Shown here piece by piece: positions 12,040-24,700 of a stretch of 64,000 bases of DNA. The DNA lies in NCBI RefSeq assembly GCF_963676685.1, contig NC_092349.1, positions 76,034,473-76,098,472 on the forward strand, written 5' to 3'. Within the stretch, counting starts at the first letter, position 1, and each line of letters opens with the position of its first letter. Made by a program: the position numbers and the translations under genes. The stretch is from Mytilus edulis (Eukaryota). The notes below the pieces were generated by a model, which had not been told where the DNA came from, made no database searches, and saw only the letters and a list, made by a program, of their open reading frames with translations.

Positions 12040-12830
12040 TTGGAGAGAAGTCTTGTCTCATTGGTAACTTTTAATCTCTTGTGGAAAGTTGTCTCATTTG
12101 CATTCAAGCATTTCATACCATTTGCCACATCTACATCATTTGGTCTTAAGGGAGCTACCATTTGCTTTTTATCGAGGGGGGGCTAGGATGAAATTTTGAA
12201 AAAAGGCAGGACGTCGTAGCCCCCCCCCCCCCCCCCTTATAAGATCAAATGGTAGCTACCTAAGTGAAAAGTTGTCTCATATGCAATCATACACCTTACC
12301 ACATCTACATCATTTGGTCTCTGGTGGCAAGTTATCTTCATTTGGTGTCTGCTAGAAAGTTGATTGCATCACTGGTAATCCAACCACATCTAAATCATTT
12401 GGTCTTGAGTGAAGAGTTGTCTCACCGGCAATCAAACGACATCTACATTATTTGGTCTTGAGTGAAGAGTTGTCTCACCGGCAATCAAACCTCATCTACA
12501 TTCTTTGGTCTAGAGTGGAGAGTTGTCTCACCGGCAATCAAATGACTTGTACATTATTTGGTCTTGAGTGGAGAGTTGTCTCACCGGCAATCAAATGATA
12601 TCTACATTATATGGTCTTGAGTGGAGAGTTGTCTCACTGGCAATCAAACGACATCTACATCATTTGGTCTTTAGTGGAGAGTTGTCTCACTGGCAATCAA
12701 ACCACATCTACATTATTTTGTTTTGAGTGTAGAGTTGTCTCATTGGCAATCAAACCACATCTACATTATTTCGTCTATGGTGGTGAGTTATCTCATTGGC
12801 AAACATACATCATCAACATCATTTGGTATA
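12040..12830. repeat. Satellite array, ~57-bp unit (consensus roughly catctacattatttggtcttgagtggagagttgtctcaccggcaatcaaacga), about 12 units; duplicated at ~24318-25105
   Basis: Head-to-tail repeats visible directly. ORFs 12264, 12611 and 12723 are translations of the repeat. Confidence 0.85.
12151..12260. mobile_element. 110-bp palindromic insertion inside the satellite: 14-bp TIRs (ggagctaccatttg / caaatggtagctacc), G7 and C17 complementary homopolymers, flanked by TAAG direct repeats (12147-12150, 12261-12264). Copy B at 24430-24535 with C13
   Basis: Satellite unit reads continuously ...ttggtcttaag | insertion | taagtgaaaagttgtctc. Inverted termini and G/C arms seen in sequence. Confidence 0.5.
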
Positions 12831-12959
12831 CCGTTATGTAATATATGTGAAACAAATGCCAACATTTATATCAATTGTCATAACAACAAATTCCTTCCTA
12901 TTTTCAATGATTGTGACATCACTGACTAAGCTGTTCTTATATGAACGTAGCATGTACAA

Positions 12960-13650
12960 TAGGTGAAACATGTGAAGCAGGATCATCTAACCCTTATCTG
13001 TATAAAAGAGGGACGGAAGATATCAGAGGGACAGCCATACTCATTAATCGAAAATAAACTGACAACGCCATGGCTTAAAATGAAAAAGACAAACAGACAA
13101 ACAATAGTACAGAAGACACAACATAGAAAAACTAAAGAATAAGCAACACGAACCCCACCAAAAACTAGGGATGATCTCAGGTGCTCCGGAAGGGTATCCT
13201 GCTCCACACGTGGCACCCGTCGTGTTGCTCGTGTTATAACAAATCCGGTATATAGTCTAATTCGGTAGGTCACATTTATGGAAGGGAAGGGGATTGTAGT
13301 TACGACGTAAGGAACATATCCTATATCATCTGTAAAACGGTTATTCTCTAACGATCAACCAATTCGTGATGGCCTGATGATTGTATAAATCATCCATATT
13401 TTAATGAGCTTCAGGTAGGTCAGTCGTTTGTTTTCTACGTAGTTTTTTGTTAACATGTTCATGTTTTTACGCTTTGACATTGTTAGTTTTTCTTCTAGTT
13501 ATGATATTTTTAAAATGTCCTTTTGGTATATTTTACCTCTTTTTATACCAGAGCTGACGAATAGTTGCCTACATCTCCATTATTTGGACTTTGTGAATAT
13601 TAGCTTATTGACAATCATATCACGACTCCTATTTTTTATGTAAATAGTTG
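12960..13650 (-). mobile_element. SINE-like dispersed repeat containing ORF 12983-13273 (TRATRRVPRVEQDTLPEHLRSS...). Copy B at 25235-25925; related copy at ~1750-2240
   Basis: gatctcaggtgctccggaagggt (13181-13203) reappears as reverse complement ccggagcaccagagatc at 1796-1812. Similar heads ggctcctgacgttgg...gcggcgggattaaacacgtgtg at 45680-45760, 47400-47470 and 56620-56680. Confidence 0.5.
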
Positions 13651-16600
13651 GTTTTTTTTTTATAATAAACAGTATGTTGTTTCTTAATTCTTCTAGACAG
13701 TTTTATGCATTTTAATAAAATGGTGGAACTGGTTTTAGAATATTGCTATCTTAGCTGGTTTCCAGATGTCGGTAGTATATTTTGGCCGACACGGTGTATC
13801 TACTTTTCATTGCATGTGCTGTCTTTGGTTTTTCTTGTTCAAATTAGTGGAACTCCTGTTTGTAGCTAAACTATGCAGATTTTTACAGGACTAACAGTAA
13901 AACAATTTTAAGAATACTGAAACGTTACTCTATCAGGATATGAAATTTCAAGTTTGTGACAAGCAAAGATAAAAATCTGAGATACTTATTTTTTAAAGAA
14001 ACCCCTCAACACATTTTAGGCCCAATACCGTGAATTCATTAATATCCGTTAGATACTAATTTTCGTAGATTTTGTGGGTATGTGGGAACCATGAATTTAA
14101 ATGTTCAACGAATTACAAATTTCCTAGAGGAAGGTATGCAGACTTTGCCAAAAGCACGAAGTAAGATATACACGAATATGCAAGTTTTCCTCAATCCACG
14201 AAAATAAATGAATCCACAGGAGCAATTTGATTCAGAAACACGAATGAATAGTAATAAAAGATATTGACTGTTTTAATTATAAATTTTTGTCAGATATTGG
14301 GAATCCTTCTGTTTATCCATGTAGAACCATAAAAAAAATTGCGCCTACTATCCCCTACTTTTCTATTATAATTTTGCATTAGTTTAAAAAGGCAAATCTC
14401 AAAATATTAGAAAAATTCTTGTTATTTTTTAGTGTTTGAAAAAAGTACTAGCTAATGTTAAATGTTTGACTTTATATCTTTACACTATGAATGACAGACC
14501 TTCCATGTTGATTATTTTAGAGATATACTTGCATATAATTCCTTTGTATATCAAAATGTATATCAAATTGCCATCTATTGATTATTGTGGAAAATTTTAT
14601 TTATCAAATTGAAGTTTTTGATAAGAATAATGAAAGTGTTTTGTCAGTATCATATGTGAATCCTTTTTTGTTCAAGATCTGTATTGATATTAAAGTTGAT
14701 TCCCACACTTTTGTTAAATGCTCATATTCCAATTCTTGCATTATGTAATTGAGATTACAATTACAGTGTAAAGGACAGCTACCATAATTTTCAAACAATT
14801 ATACTGAAAGGTGTAAGTATTAATTGGATGTAACTCTACCCAAATACAGTTATATTGATATATCATGACAGCTGATTATTATATTGGTATTCAGGTCAAG
14901 AATGTGTGTATTTGATCTGTTACACATCTAACTAGTACTAAATGCACAAAATCTTGACATCAATAGTAGTAACATTCGTTTCATAATCATTTGATATAAG
15001 CTATTTTAAATTATTGTCTCTTTAAGTTACAGTTATGGGTAATTTGGTTGAAGCCATACACACAATTGCATAACTCTTACATGAGCGTTTTTTGCAAAGA
15101 AATATTTTTTTTATTCCCATTATATTGCTTTTTAAAAATAAGTAATTAAAAATTATCTCAACGTTAGGTATTTGTGCATGTTTATATGAATACAGGAAAT
15201 GTATTTTTCCTTAATGAATAATAAACATCAATTTGAATAAAAGATAGTTATTAATTTTTTTGTGTTGACAAATTGTTCTTGGAATTATTAAGCCAATTAT
15301 TATTGATGGTATATGAAAATATGGTACACATTTGATGATTTCTCTTAACACTCTTGTCAAATTGATTGATTTTCAAATGTTTCTTAAAAATTATGAAAAA
15401 AATCTTATAGTGTCTTCAGTTGAAATACCAAGATAATTGCATCAATAATGCAAAATTCTCCATCGTTTGGCAATAGAATAGAATTTGTGCAGTGAGATTA
15501 TGGAAATAAAATAACAAAGAAAAATTGAAAGTATGGTCAGAAAATAATTGCAGACTACTGAAATGGCTTAATCTTAACATCCATGATGCTTTAATTTTGT
15601 TGTTTGTATACTATCAATTTTATATAACAGTCTTTTAAAAAGCATGATATTTTGAAACAGAGTAGCAACATTTTTACTTGAGTTAATATGTCTGCTATCT
15701 ATATTTTGTACTATCATTAACTTCTCTGAAACACACTCGAGACTACTATATTACAGTAGTCTCAAAATAAATCTGCTTTTACTCACTTATTTAGTAGTTA
15801 AGTTATTAACTAACTACAGGCAAAGGGAAAATGCTATGAAGTAAAATGATTTATCGACTCTAGAATTATACAACAATGTTCATAATTATTTACTCATAAT
15901 TGTATAGTGTGTGTGCAGTTACATGTTTTATTGACCCTAACACTATTTAATAAGAATGTAGTTATTCATTGTAAAACAGAATAGATATGAAACAACAATT
16001 CAGGAAAGAGGAAGTATGAAAAGGTTACTTTGTTGGCCCTTCCAAACGACAAATCTAGATGTATTAAATATTAAGCCAATGAGATTTACCTCAACAATAC
16101 TTTTTTAAGATTTTCAGTTAATAATTTGAAAATGAAGAGATATATGTAGATAAGATGTATTTGACTAAGATGTTAATAGATGTAAAATATGTTTCTGGGT
16201 AGGACCTTGACTCATAAATATTGTTTTTCCAAAAAGGAGTGTAAAATAGTGAAAATATCCTTTGAGCATTACAAATTCCTATCTTATAGTGCATAATCAT
16301 TATCAATATAATTAACAAATGGCTCTCATCATACTTCCTCCTTTTTAGATGTGATTAAAGTTTTAAAAAAATCAACAGTTTATTGAATGATAAATTCATA
16401 AAATATTCCATTCATTTATTTTTAACTTCTATCCAATGAATGTATTAAATTGATCAATTCGGAAGTTAAATTAAACAAATATAAGCTACAAGTTGAGTTT
16501 TAAGCAGCATTATCAACTTTACCAATACCAATTTTGGTGCTATAGATACATATATTTATTGCCTCATCCGTACTAGTAATGCTTATGACAAAAATAGTTC

Positions 16601-18299
16601 AAAATTCAATACTTAACATGCTTAATGGATAAATTCATAATCCTCGTAGCAAAATTACTATCTAAGGCTAAGGTTATTCATTATATTAATATTGCAGTTT
16701 TAGTGATTACAATGTAATTTAATAGACTCATTCAAGGCTAGAATTAACAGAAATTAATAGGTTTTGTGTGATATGATAGCCTATTTTAATGTCTGCTTAA
16801 TAACGTTGTTTTAACCGGACAGAATTTTAAAGTCAAATGAAACTTCAAATGTAAAACAAAAAGTTGTATGTGTTTTACATACATGTACTTGAATAGTTTA
16901 ACTATAAAATAATGTACAAGAACGTTAATGTGAAGGAGAATCCTTTATATCATCAAAATCTTCATATTGTTCATTTAATATCTATATATTGTAGAAAAAA
17001 ATAAGAACTCAAACATTTAACTTCATAATGTTTGGTCTACAATTACAAAAGTTTCCCATTAGTTCTTCATGTTATATTTATTTTTTGAAGTGTTGAGTTC
17101 CTGATAGAGTACGTATAAATTGTGTAACGGCCTTCTAATCAAAACAAAAAAAACATATATCCATGTGCTTTGAATGTTTGTTTCTTTATACAATGTGACT
17201 TTACCTATTTGAATATTAAAGACAACAAATGAAATGATCATCACTTAATAGTAATAAAGAGACCTAATAAGAAACCATTTTGGCCAGAAATTATGTAATT
17301 AAAAGTCAGAGCTCGTAAATATCATATATTATCATACATCAAGGTAGAAAAATATAAATTTGACAAAAATGAATATGGAGATTTTTTTTCTGCAAATATA
17401 TAAATTACAAATGCAAAATAACGGCACACTGCTTTTAAATTATTGTTTTCCTGTACACTAATTTACCGATGTGTTCCCGTATGCAGTGAACTTATCAACT
17501 ATGAAAGATCTCGTTTGAGGTTCGGAAACTGCACAGCGCAAGTGCGAAGGAAACCCTTGACGAAGGAACGTAAACAGACGTGCAGTGGAAATTCAATAGT
17601 AATACCTGATTTTAAAGAACAAATTAAATACGCAAAATCATTTAACAACTTTACAGGAAAAGTTTAATTAACTTTCGGAATAAAAATAATATATAAATGA
17701 AATATCATGGTTCTAAATTGTACTTAATGTGTACGTGCTCCACATGCTCTCTGCGTTGATTGTTTATCAATGTCGTTATCTGGTAAACTTTGGAAACATA
17801 CTCGAAAGTTAATAAGCTTAAGACCAACAACCACTGAAATAAATATTGTTTGTCAATAATACGTTATAAATTAGTAATAAAGGTAAAACTTTGCATATAT
17901 GACTTAGCTAACTAATTCGCATTACTATAAGACGTGTTACGGTACTTATCTATCCCAAATTCATGTATTCAGTTTGATGTTATATTTGTAATTCATAATA
18001 TCGGATCTTGTCAAATGTGTTGACGTTTTACTATCATATTCATGTGTTATGGTAAGGAAAATTAATCACCGCCTTCATTTATTAGATTTGATTTTGTTTA
18101 ACGTAATCTGTACGATGTTTTACGTTTGAAGTTAGATTCAAAACAAACCGGACATAGCTATATAATATAGTTAATTGCTACTTCTGTTTTCTATTAATAA
18201 GTATTGCAATGTGCATTGTTATTAAATGTAATATCAGTATTTAGTTCAAAATATAATCTTAAATCAATTCTAATTCTATCTTACTTTTGAGATATAGTT

Positions 18300-18410
18300 T
18301 TAGTCATTCAAATGTGACGTCATTTTTGTGCTGTTTCAAAATTTCAAATATGACGTAATTTTTGTGCCTTTTCACCACTTCGTATGTGACGTCACTTGTT
18401 TCACCTATTG
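18300..18410. promoter_or_regulatory. Three ~36-bp direct repeats each carrying a CRE-like palindrome (TGACGTCA, TGACGTAA, TGACGTCA); duplicate at 30578-30688
   Basis: aaatgtgacgtcatttttgtgctgttt / aaatatgacgtaatttttgtgcctttt / cgtatgtgacgtcacttgtttcacc. TGACGTCA is the canonical CREB/ATF site, so the regulatory reading is inference only. Confidence 0.35.
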
Positions 18411-18533
18411 CGTTGAGGCCTTGACTAAGTCGGGTGTGTCTATTTTTTGTGTTGGTCTTTGTAATGTATCAGGGTTTTGTTTTCTGTAATTAGTTAAAAC
18501 TTCAGTTTAATAATGTATATCTTTTATATTCAT

Positions 18534-19887
18534 AAGCCAATTTCAGCCACCCCAATACAGCATCTGCCTGTACACCAACCAACAACTGGCTTATGTCATG
18601 TTTGTAGAGCTTGTATTGCTGTGTATTGTTTGGTTTATTTACATGTAGTAGTGCAAAAGGTATTATTTGATATGCACTTGCAGTTGACAGTTTAAAGATA
18701 CATCTGGATAATTCAGTTTTACAATGATACAGCAAAGTGTTCAATATGCGTAAAGTATTTGGAAAAGGTGACTGTACCTTCTCTATAATTATTTTCATTA
18801 ATACAGTTATTTCACACATTGATCTTGTAGTTTCACATGGAAATCTTCTGAAATCATGTAAAGTCTGAGATGATGAGAAAATTTCAATTCCTTTTTGGTA
18901 TGATTGTTTTAGGAAGTTGATTAATGTGTTCCATTGTTTATTGTTAAATCTTAGATAGAACAAGTTGTTATCAGGAATGAAATAATGTAACAATGTTGAA
19001 TACTCTATACAGTATAGTAACCTTTTTAAACAGGCAATAAAACAGGCAATGATATTGTAGGGTCTCCAGACTGATGTTTTATTTTCTTCTGATATCCAAA
19101 ACATCCGGGTCTTCAGGAAGTATGAACACAATAAACCTTGTATGTCTTCCTCTCTGTTCACTATTTCTTTCATTAATATCTTTATCAAAACATAGCATAG
19201 TAGCTGGGTATGACTGAAAGAATATATCAGTATCTTCTTTGCAACAGAAAATGATATTCGCCACTAAGAATTCTCATTTGTAGATCCCTTATTACCGATT
19301 GGAACAAATAAAGTATCGCATGAAGTTATTTTTAAAATAAGTTCAGGTGAAGGCCATATTAAACGTGATCTTGAGATCAATGGTTGGGCTTGAGATACCT
19401 ACTGATCACATTTAATACAGCTTGCAAAATCATAGTTATCATACTTGTCTGATATGCATGGACCATGAATACTCATATATGATGCTAATCCTTTTAATCC
19501 TTTGAACTTTTGTGATTTATAAAGCTCACTTGAAAGTAGGTGTTTTCCATTGTGTTGTTGTAGATTTTGTTTGATATGATTTGGTAGACTATTAACAATC
19601 ACATTGGAATATAATCGTAGTTGTGTAAAACATGGCTGTGCATCCTCAGTATCCATAACTAACATTGTCTTCCAATCCTGTATTAAAGCATCGTTATCTG
19701 ATTCATATACTATATATTTAAGAACAATTCGCATTAAATCAAGATCACTACCTTTAAGATCCAATCCTTCTCCCTTACTTCCACTGGTTATATAAGGAAT
19801 GAATTTGCTGGTATTTTGAAAGTCTTCACATATATATTCTAATTGTCTTGCTCTTATAACTTTCTTTGATCCAATCCTCTGACACAA
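18534..19887 (-). pseudogene. cGLR pseudogene copy B (tandem-duplicate copy), 3'-truncated at the duplication breakpoint; carries the same nonsense and frameshift lesions
   Basis: ORFs 19399-19887 and 18502-19188 are near-identical to 7121-7609 and the N-terminal part of 5774-6910. Homology to copy A stops at 18534 (aagccaatttcagcc). Confidence 0.7.
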
Positions 19888-21678
19888 CCATTGTTCAAAG
19901 ACGTTCCGTTATTTACATCATTTAAAAATCTTTCAGAAGACGAAGTTAAGACCATCATAAATAAATTGCAATGTAAATCATGCGAACTTGACATTTTGCC
20001 TACGAAAGTACTTAAATCGTTCCTTAGTGAATTGTTGCCTGTTATCACAAAGTTAGTTAACTTGTCTCTTAGTCAAGGCGTCTTCCCATTAAGATGGAAG
20101 CAAGCGGTAGTCAGGCTTCTGCTGAAAAAGGCTGATCTTGAACTAATTTACTCAAATTATAGACCAGTAAGCAACTTGTCTTTCCTGTCTAAATTAATTG
20201 AAAAATGTGCGCTATATAGACTGAATGAACACGTGAAAGATCATGATCTCCTTCCTACAAACCAATCTGCGTATCGTCAATTCCATTCGTGCGAATCGGC
20301 CCCTCTACGACTCGTTAATGACATACTCGATGGGATGGAGCATAAAGAAGTCACCGATATGATCGCCGTTGATTTAAGTGCAGCATTCGATACTGTAGAT
20401 CATAGTATTTTGATAAAAGTACTCGAATATCAGTACGGTGTAAATGGAACCGCACTTAAATAGATCGATTCCTATTTGAGACCTCGAAGCTGTCGTGTAA
20501 ATGTCAGGTCTACAACATCATCAGAGCGACAACTTGAGTATAGCGTACCACAGGGAAGTTGCTTAGGTCCCTGGCTTTATTTAGTCTACACCGGAACTCT
20601 ATTCGACATTATTCCACCATCTATTACTGTGTACGGATTTGCCGACGACCATACTGCTAATAAACGTTTCGTGCCAACATTAACGAATGAGATGGATGCA
20701 ATTCGTGACTTACAGGACTGCGCTGTTCATATAAACACCTGGATGAACAGTAACAAACTAAAAATGAACAATGCGAAAACAGAGTTTATTCTCTTTGGCA
20801 GTCGACACCAACTCTCTAAATGTCATACAAAAGAAATAATCATTTGTGGAGATGTTATAAAATCAAAAACATGTATACGGTACTTAGGAGCTTTTCTGGA
20901 TGAGACTCTAAACTTCAAAGACCATATTACTAAAAAATGTAAAACAGCAATGATGAACTACTACAAAATAAAGTGCATAAGATCCTATCTATCGAAAGAA
21001 GCAACTGAAACTTTGGTCTTATCTTTGGTTATATCACATTTAGATTATTGCAATGTTATACTTTTTGGAATTTCACAAACTGATTTATATAAATTGCAAC
21101 GTATACAGAATATGTGTGCCAAACTTGTGTTAAACCGTTCTAAGTATGATAGTGCCAAGCAGGCATTGTTTGACTTACACTGGCTTCCGATCGAAGCCAG
21201 AATTACATTCAAAATCTTAACATATATGTACAACTGTCATGTAGGTAATGCGCCGTCATATTTGATCAATTTGTTAAATCCTCAAGTGTCGAAACGTTCA
21301 TTAAGGTCGTCAGAGTCATCTATTGGTTGTTATGCAGTCCCATATAACAAAAAGAAAACTTTTTCAGATAGAAGCTTTAGTACTGTTGGGTCAAAATTGT
21401 GGAATGAACTAGGTACAAATGTAAGAAACTCTGAATCTTTGGATACTTTTAAATGTCGGTTGAAAACATTGTATTTCCAAAATTATTTTGAACTTTTCTG
21501 ACTTTTTTCTTGTGTATCACAGTGTATATTTTCAATTTTTGGTATAGTACATACATATTGTATTTTTGTATAGTATTTTTGTATTTTATATGTCATTTAT
21601 GTACAACGCCGTTGAATACATATTGTATATGTAGAAATAGGCGTTTAATTAAGTTTTCATGTTTCATGTTTCATGTTT
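19888..21678 (+). mobile_element. LINE RT fragment, copy B of the element at 7610-9400
   Basis: ORFs 19891-20463 and 20476-21501 differ from copy A by about 5 aa (AEV/AVV, LDY/LEY, ECS/EYS, KCQ/KCH, GPK/GSK). Same TAG interruption and (TTTCATG)n tail. Confidence 0.85.
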
Positions 21679-21723
21679 CAAGTATTTATAAAAACGTAAG
21701 GATTCTGTTTTACTGTGAGACAT
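21679..21723 (-). other. Displaced first 15 codons of cGLR pseudogene, copy B
   Basis: Identical to 9401-9445 at offset +12278; cat (ATG on minus) at 21721-21723. Confidence 0.6.
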
Positions 21724-24700
21724 GGTATTTAACTTTGTAGGAATTCTAAATAGAACAGTGATGTTGCATTACTGTCCAGATATTTTTTTCTCTTTTTCTT
21801 TGTGATGGTTTCTGATTGACTATCCTGTTTTATTGTCTAGATTGTCTTTAATCCTGGTGGTTTCTGGATAGTATTGTGAAATTGTCTAGATATTCTCTCT
21901 TGCCTTATAATGGTTTCTAGATGTTCGTGTCAAATTGGCCTATTCGTCCAATATTCTTTACTGTTTTCTATATGGTACTGTATAATTGTCTAGTTCGTCT
22001 TTTATCCTTGCAATGGATTCTGTATGGTAATGTATAATTGTCTAGATATTCTAACTGTCCGTGTATTGGTTTATAGAAGTTCCTGTCAAATTGTCGAATA
22101 TTTGATCTACTCTTCTTTTCTTTTACTTGTTTCTACATCAGGTACTGTATAATTGTCTAGTTTGTCTAATATCCTTGTAATGGGATCTGGGTGGTACTGT
22201 ATAATTGCAAAGCTGTTCTCTCTAGCCTTGTAATGTTTTATCAATATTCTTGTCAAATTGTCCAATATTTTCTCTACCCTTTTTTTTTTCTTTTCTTTTA
22301 CTGGTTAATCTAAATGGTCATGTATAATGTTTGGTTTGTCTTTAACTCCTGAAGGGTTTCTGGTTTCTGATACTGTATGATAGTCTAGACATTTGTTCAT
22401 ACTTGGAATGGTAAGTGTGGGTTTTCTTATGACATTCCTTTAAAATAAACAAAGATAATCTGTTTTACATATTGTCAAAGATGGAAATTGTGTAGTCAAA
22501 GTTTGAACTGGAAATTTCCCATTTCACCTTTTCTAGTGAAGTCTTATTTCTTTTACTATTCTTTTTTTATATATATTTCTGATGTAACTGACACATCTTG
22601 TTTTAACTATAAGATACATTTAAAGTCTATATTTCAATAATTTTTCCTAGTTGCATGTTTCATAAATTTCAGTGGCAGATACATAATTTCTAAAAAGAAA
22701 GCACTTACTGCCTAAGAGCATCACTCATGCTTCAGTTATTCCGTATTTAATTAACTACATTTCCCTCCTGCCCCTATAAATATGCCTCTGAAATTTGTAT
22801 TTAATGTACTGCTTTTCATAGAATTATATTTTTAGAATCCTTTGCAATGAGGATCCTTTTTTATAAGAAACTAAATTAGCACGCATTTCCCAAACTTTCT
22901 TATTAAACAACTTAATGATATTTCCTCCTACAGTAGCTTGAACTAGGAAATATTTCTCTGTACTGAAGCAAGAGGATATGATATGTTCAGTTTCATAACT
23001 TCAAGGTATTTTTATTCACTGTTCATTTTTAAATGTGAAATATTTATATTAAATGATATCGATAAGGAAATATTGTATGATAAATGGAATGATAAATTAT
23101 GACAGCTAGTATGAATAAAAATAATATTTCATATCAAAACTTGTAAGATTTAGCCTTTTCTTAGGTTTCAAAAATCAAAAAGTAAAAGTTTAGGCATATG
23201 GAAAGTACACGAGCTTTCTGAAGCACTCAATAGGTGCCCCTTTCTTAAAATTTAAATGTATATTTACAGCATCATACAGCTTCCCCTTTCTAAAATCAAA
23301 GTGGTGAACTTTCTAGAACATTGGATAGAACCCTTTTCTGTCACAAAGTAAGACTTGTATGGTGTTTCCAGTACCTGCTACAACAACATTTATTTAAGGT
23401 TGGAAGTTAGGTCCGTTTAAAGAGAAACCTACTAGTCATTCAATATGCACTTGTAAAAGCATTTACACATTTGATTATTTGGTCTTTCCCCTTTATTCAT
23501 GATCTATTGACTTTGAAACTTTTGCATAGTATACATGTTAAAAGTTGGTGGTTAGGTCAGTTTAAGGATAACTACTAACTAATAAGTCACTGATACAAGG
23601 TTTGCAGTTCTCATTGGCAAATGTTATATCGCAAACAATATTTTGCCCCGTTCCTTCAGTCATGGTTCATAGACTTAAAAGTACAAGTATTTTGCATAAT
23701 TACCATGTTTAAGTATTACCGTTTTAAATTTCAACATCTAAATTTTACTATCAAATTACACAATGACAACACATATCTCTGTGTCCGCAGTTTAGTTCAA
23801 AACATGTATAAAATGATTGATCTTTATTTTCTATATCAGTAATAATGAGCGGAACGAACAAGTATCTTGTTCAAATAGGTTTAGCAGTACAATTCAAAAT
23901 TCTCCTGAAATACTTTTTTTGACCAAGTCTGCTTGTTACAATTTGTTAAGATTTGTAAAATTCAAATCATTTAGGCAACTTTAATGCAGAAATGTGTAAT
24001 CATAAAGCCTCTCTACTAGGTAACACCGTTTGCAAATGTTGTATTGGGCTCATGACGCCTGGTCCATGGAAATTCTGCATTTCTCATTTAAAATTGAATG
24101 CTGCTTTTTGTACTTATTGTAGTGTATGAGCATGTCAAAGCATATTAAATCTAAAGCACAGATGTCCTTCGTAATTAAGATTCATGGATTGTTAACCCTT
24201 TTACAACCCTGTTAAGTTTCAAAAGAAGCATTTATTTCTTATTATTGCAATGTTATGTACAAATCTGATATGCTATGTTATTATAACAAAACAAACCATC
24301 TACATCATTTTGACTCTGTTGGAGAGAAGTCTTGTCTCATTGGTAACTTTTAATCTCTTGTGGAAAGTTATCTCATATGCATTCAAGCATTTCATACCAT
24401 TTGCCACATCTACATCATTTGGTCTTAAGGGAGCTACCATTTGCTTTTTATCGAGGGGGGGCTAGGATGAAATTTTGAAAAAAGGCAGGACGTCGTAGCC
24501 CCCCCCCCCCCTTATAAGATCAAATGGTAGCTACCTAAGTGAAAAGTTGTCTCATATGCAATCATACACCTTACCACATCTACATCATTTGGTCTCTGGT
24601 GGCAAGTTATCTTCATTTGGTGTCTGCTAGAAAGTTGATTGCATCACTGGTAATCCAACCACATCTAAATCATTTGGTCTTGAGTGAAGAGTTGTCTCAC

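Larger units (their letters stand above)
6255..18533. repeat. Tandem segmental duplication, unit A (~12.28 kb)
   Basis: All ORFs and sequence landmarks recur at +12278 (7613 to 19891, 8198 to 20476, 12983 to 25258, 17443 to 29718). Junction tatattcat|aagccaatttc at 18533/18534. Confidence 0.85.

Noticed and set aside
12264-12929. ORFs 12264-12461, 12611-12841 and 12723-12929 (and duplicates at 24539-25204), also 52535-52850
   Set aside because: Conceptual translations of the 57-bp satellite (the repeated ELSHWQSNDIYIIWS peptides simply mirror the DNA repeat).
12983-13273. 96-aa ORF (TRATRRVPRVEQ...) as a host gene
   Set aside because: Sequence recurs (1750-2240, 25258-25548 and partial heads elsewhere) with TE-like distribution; treated as SINE-like repeat rather than a gene.
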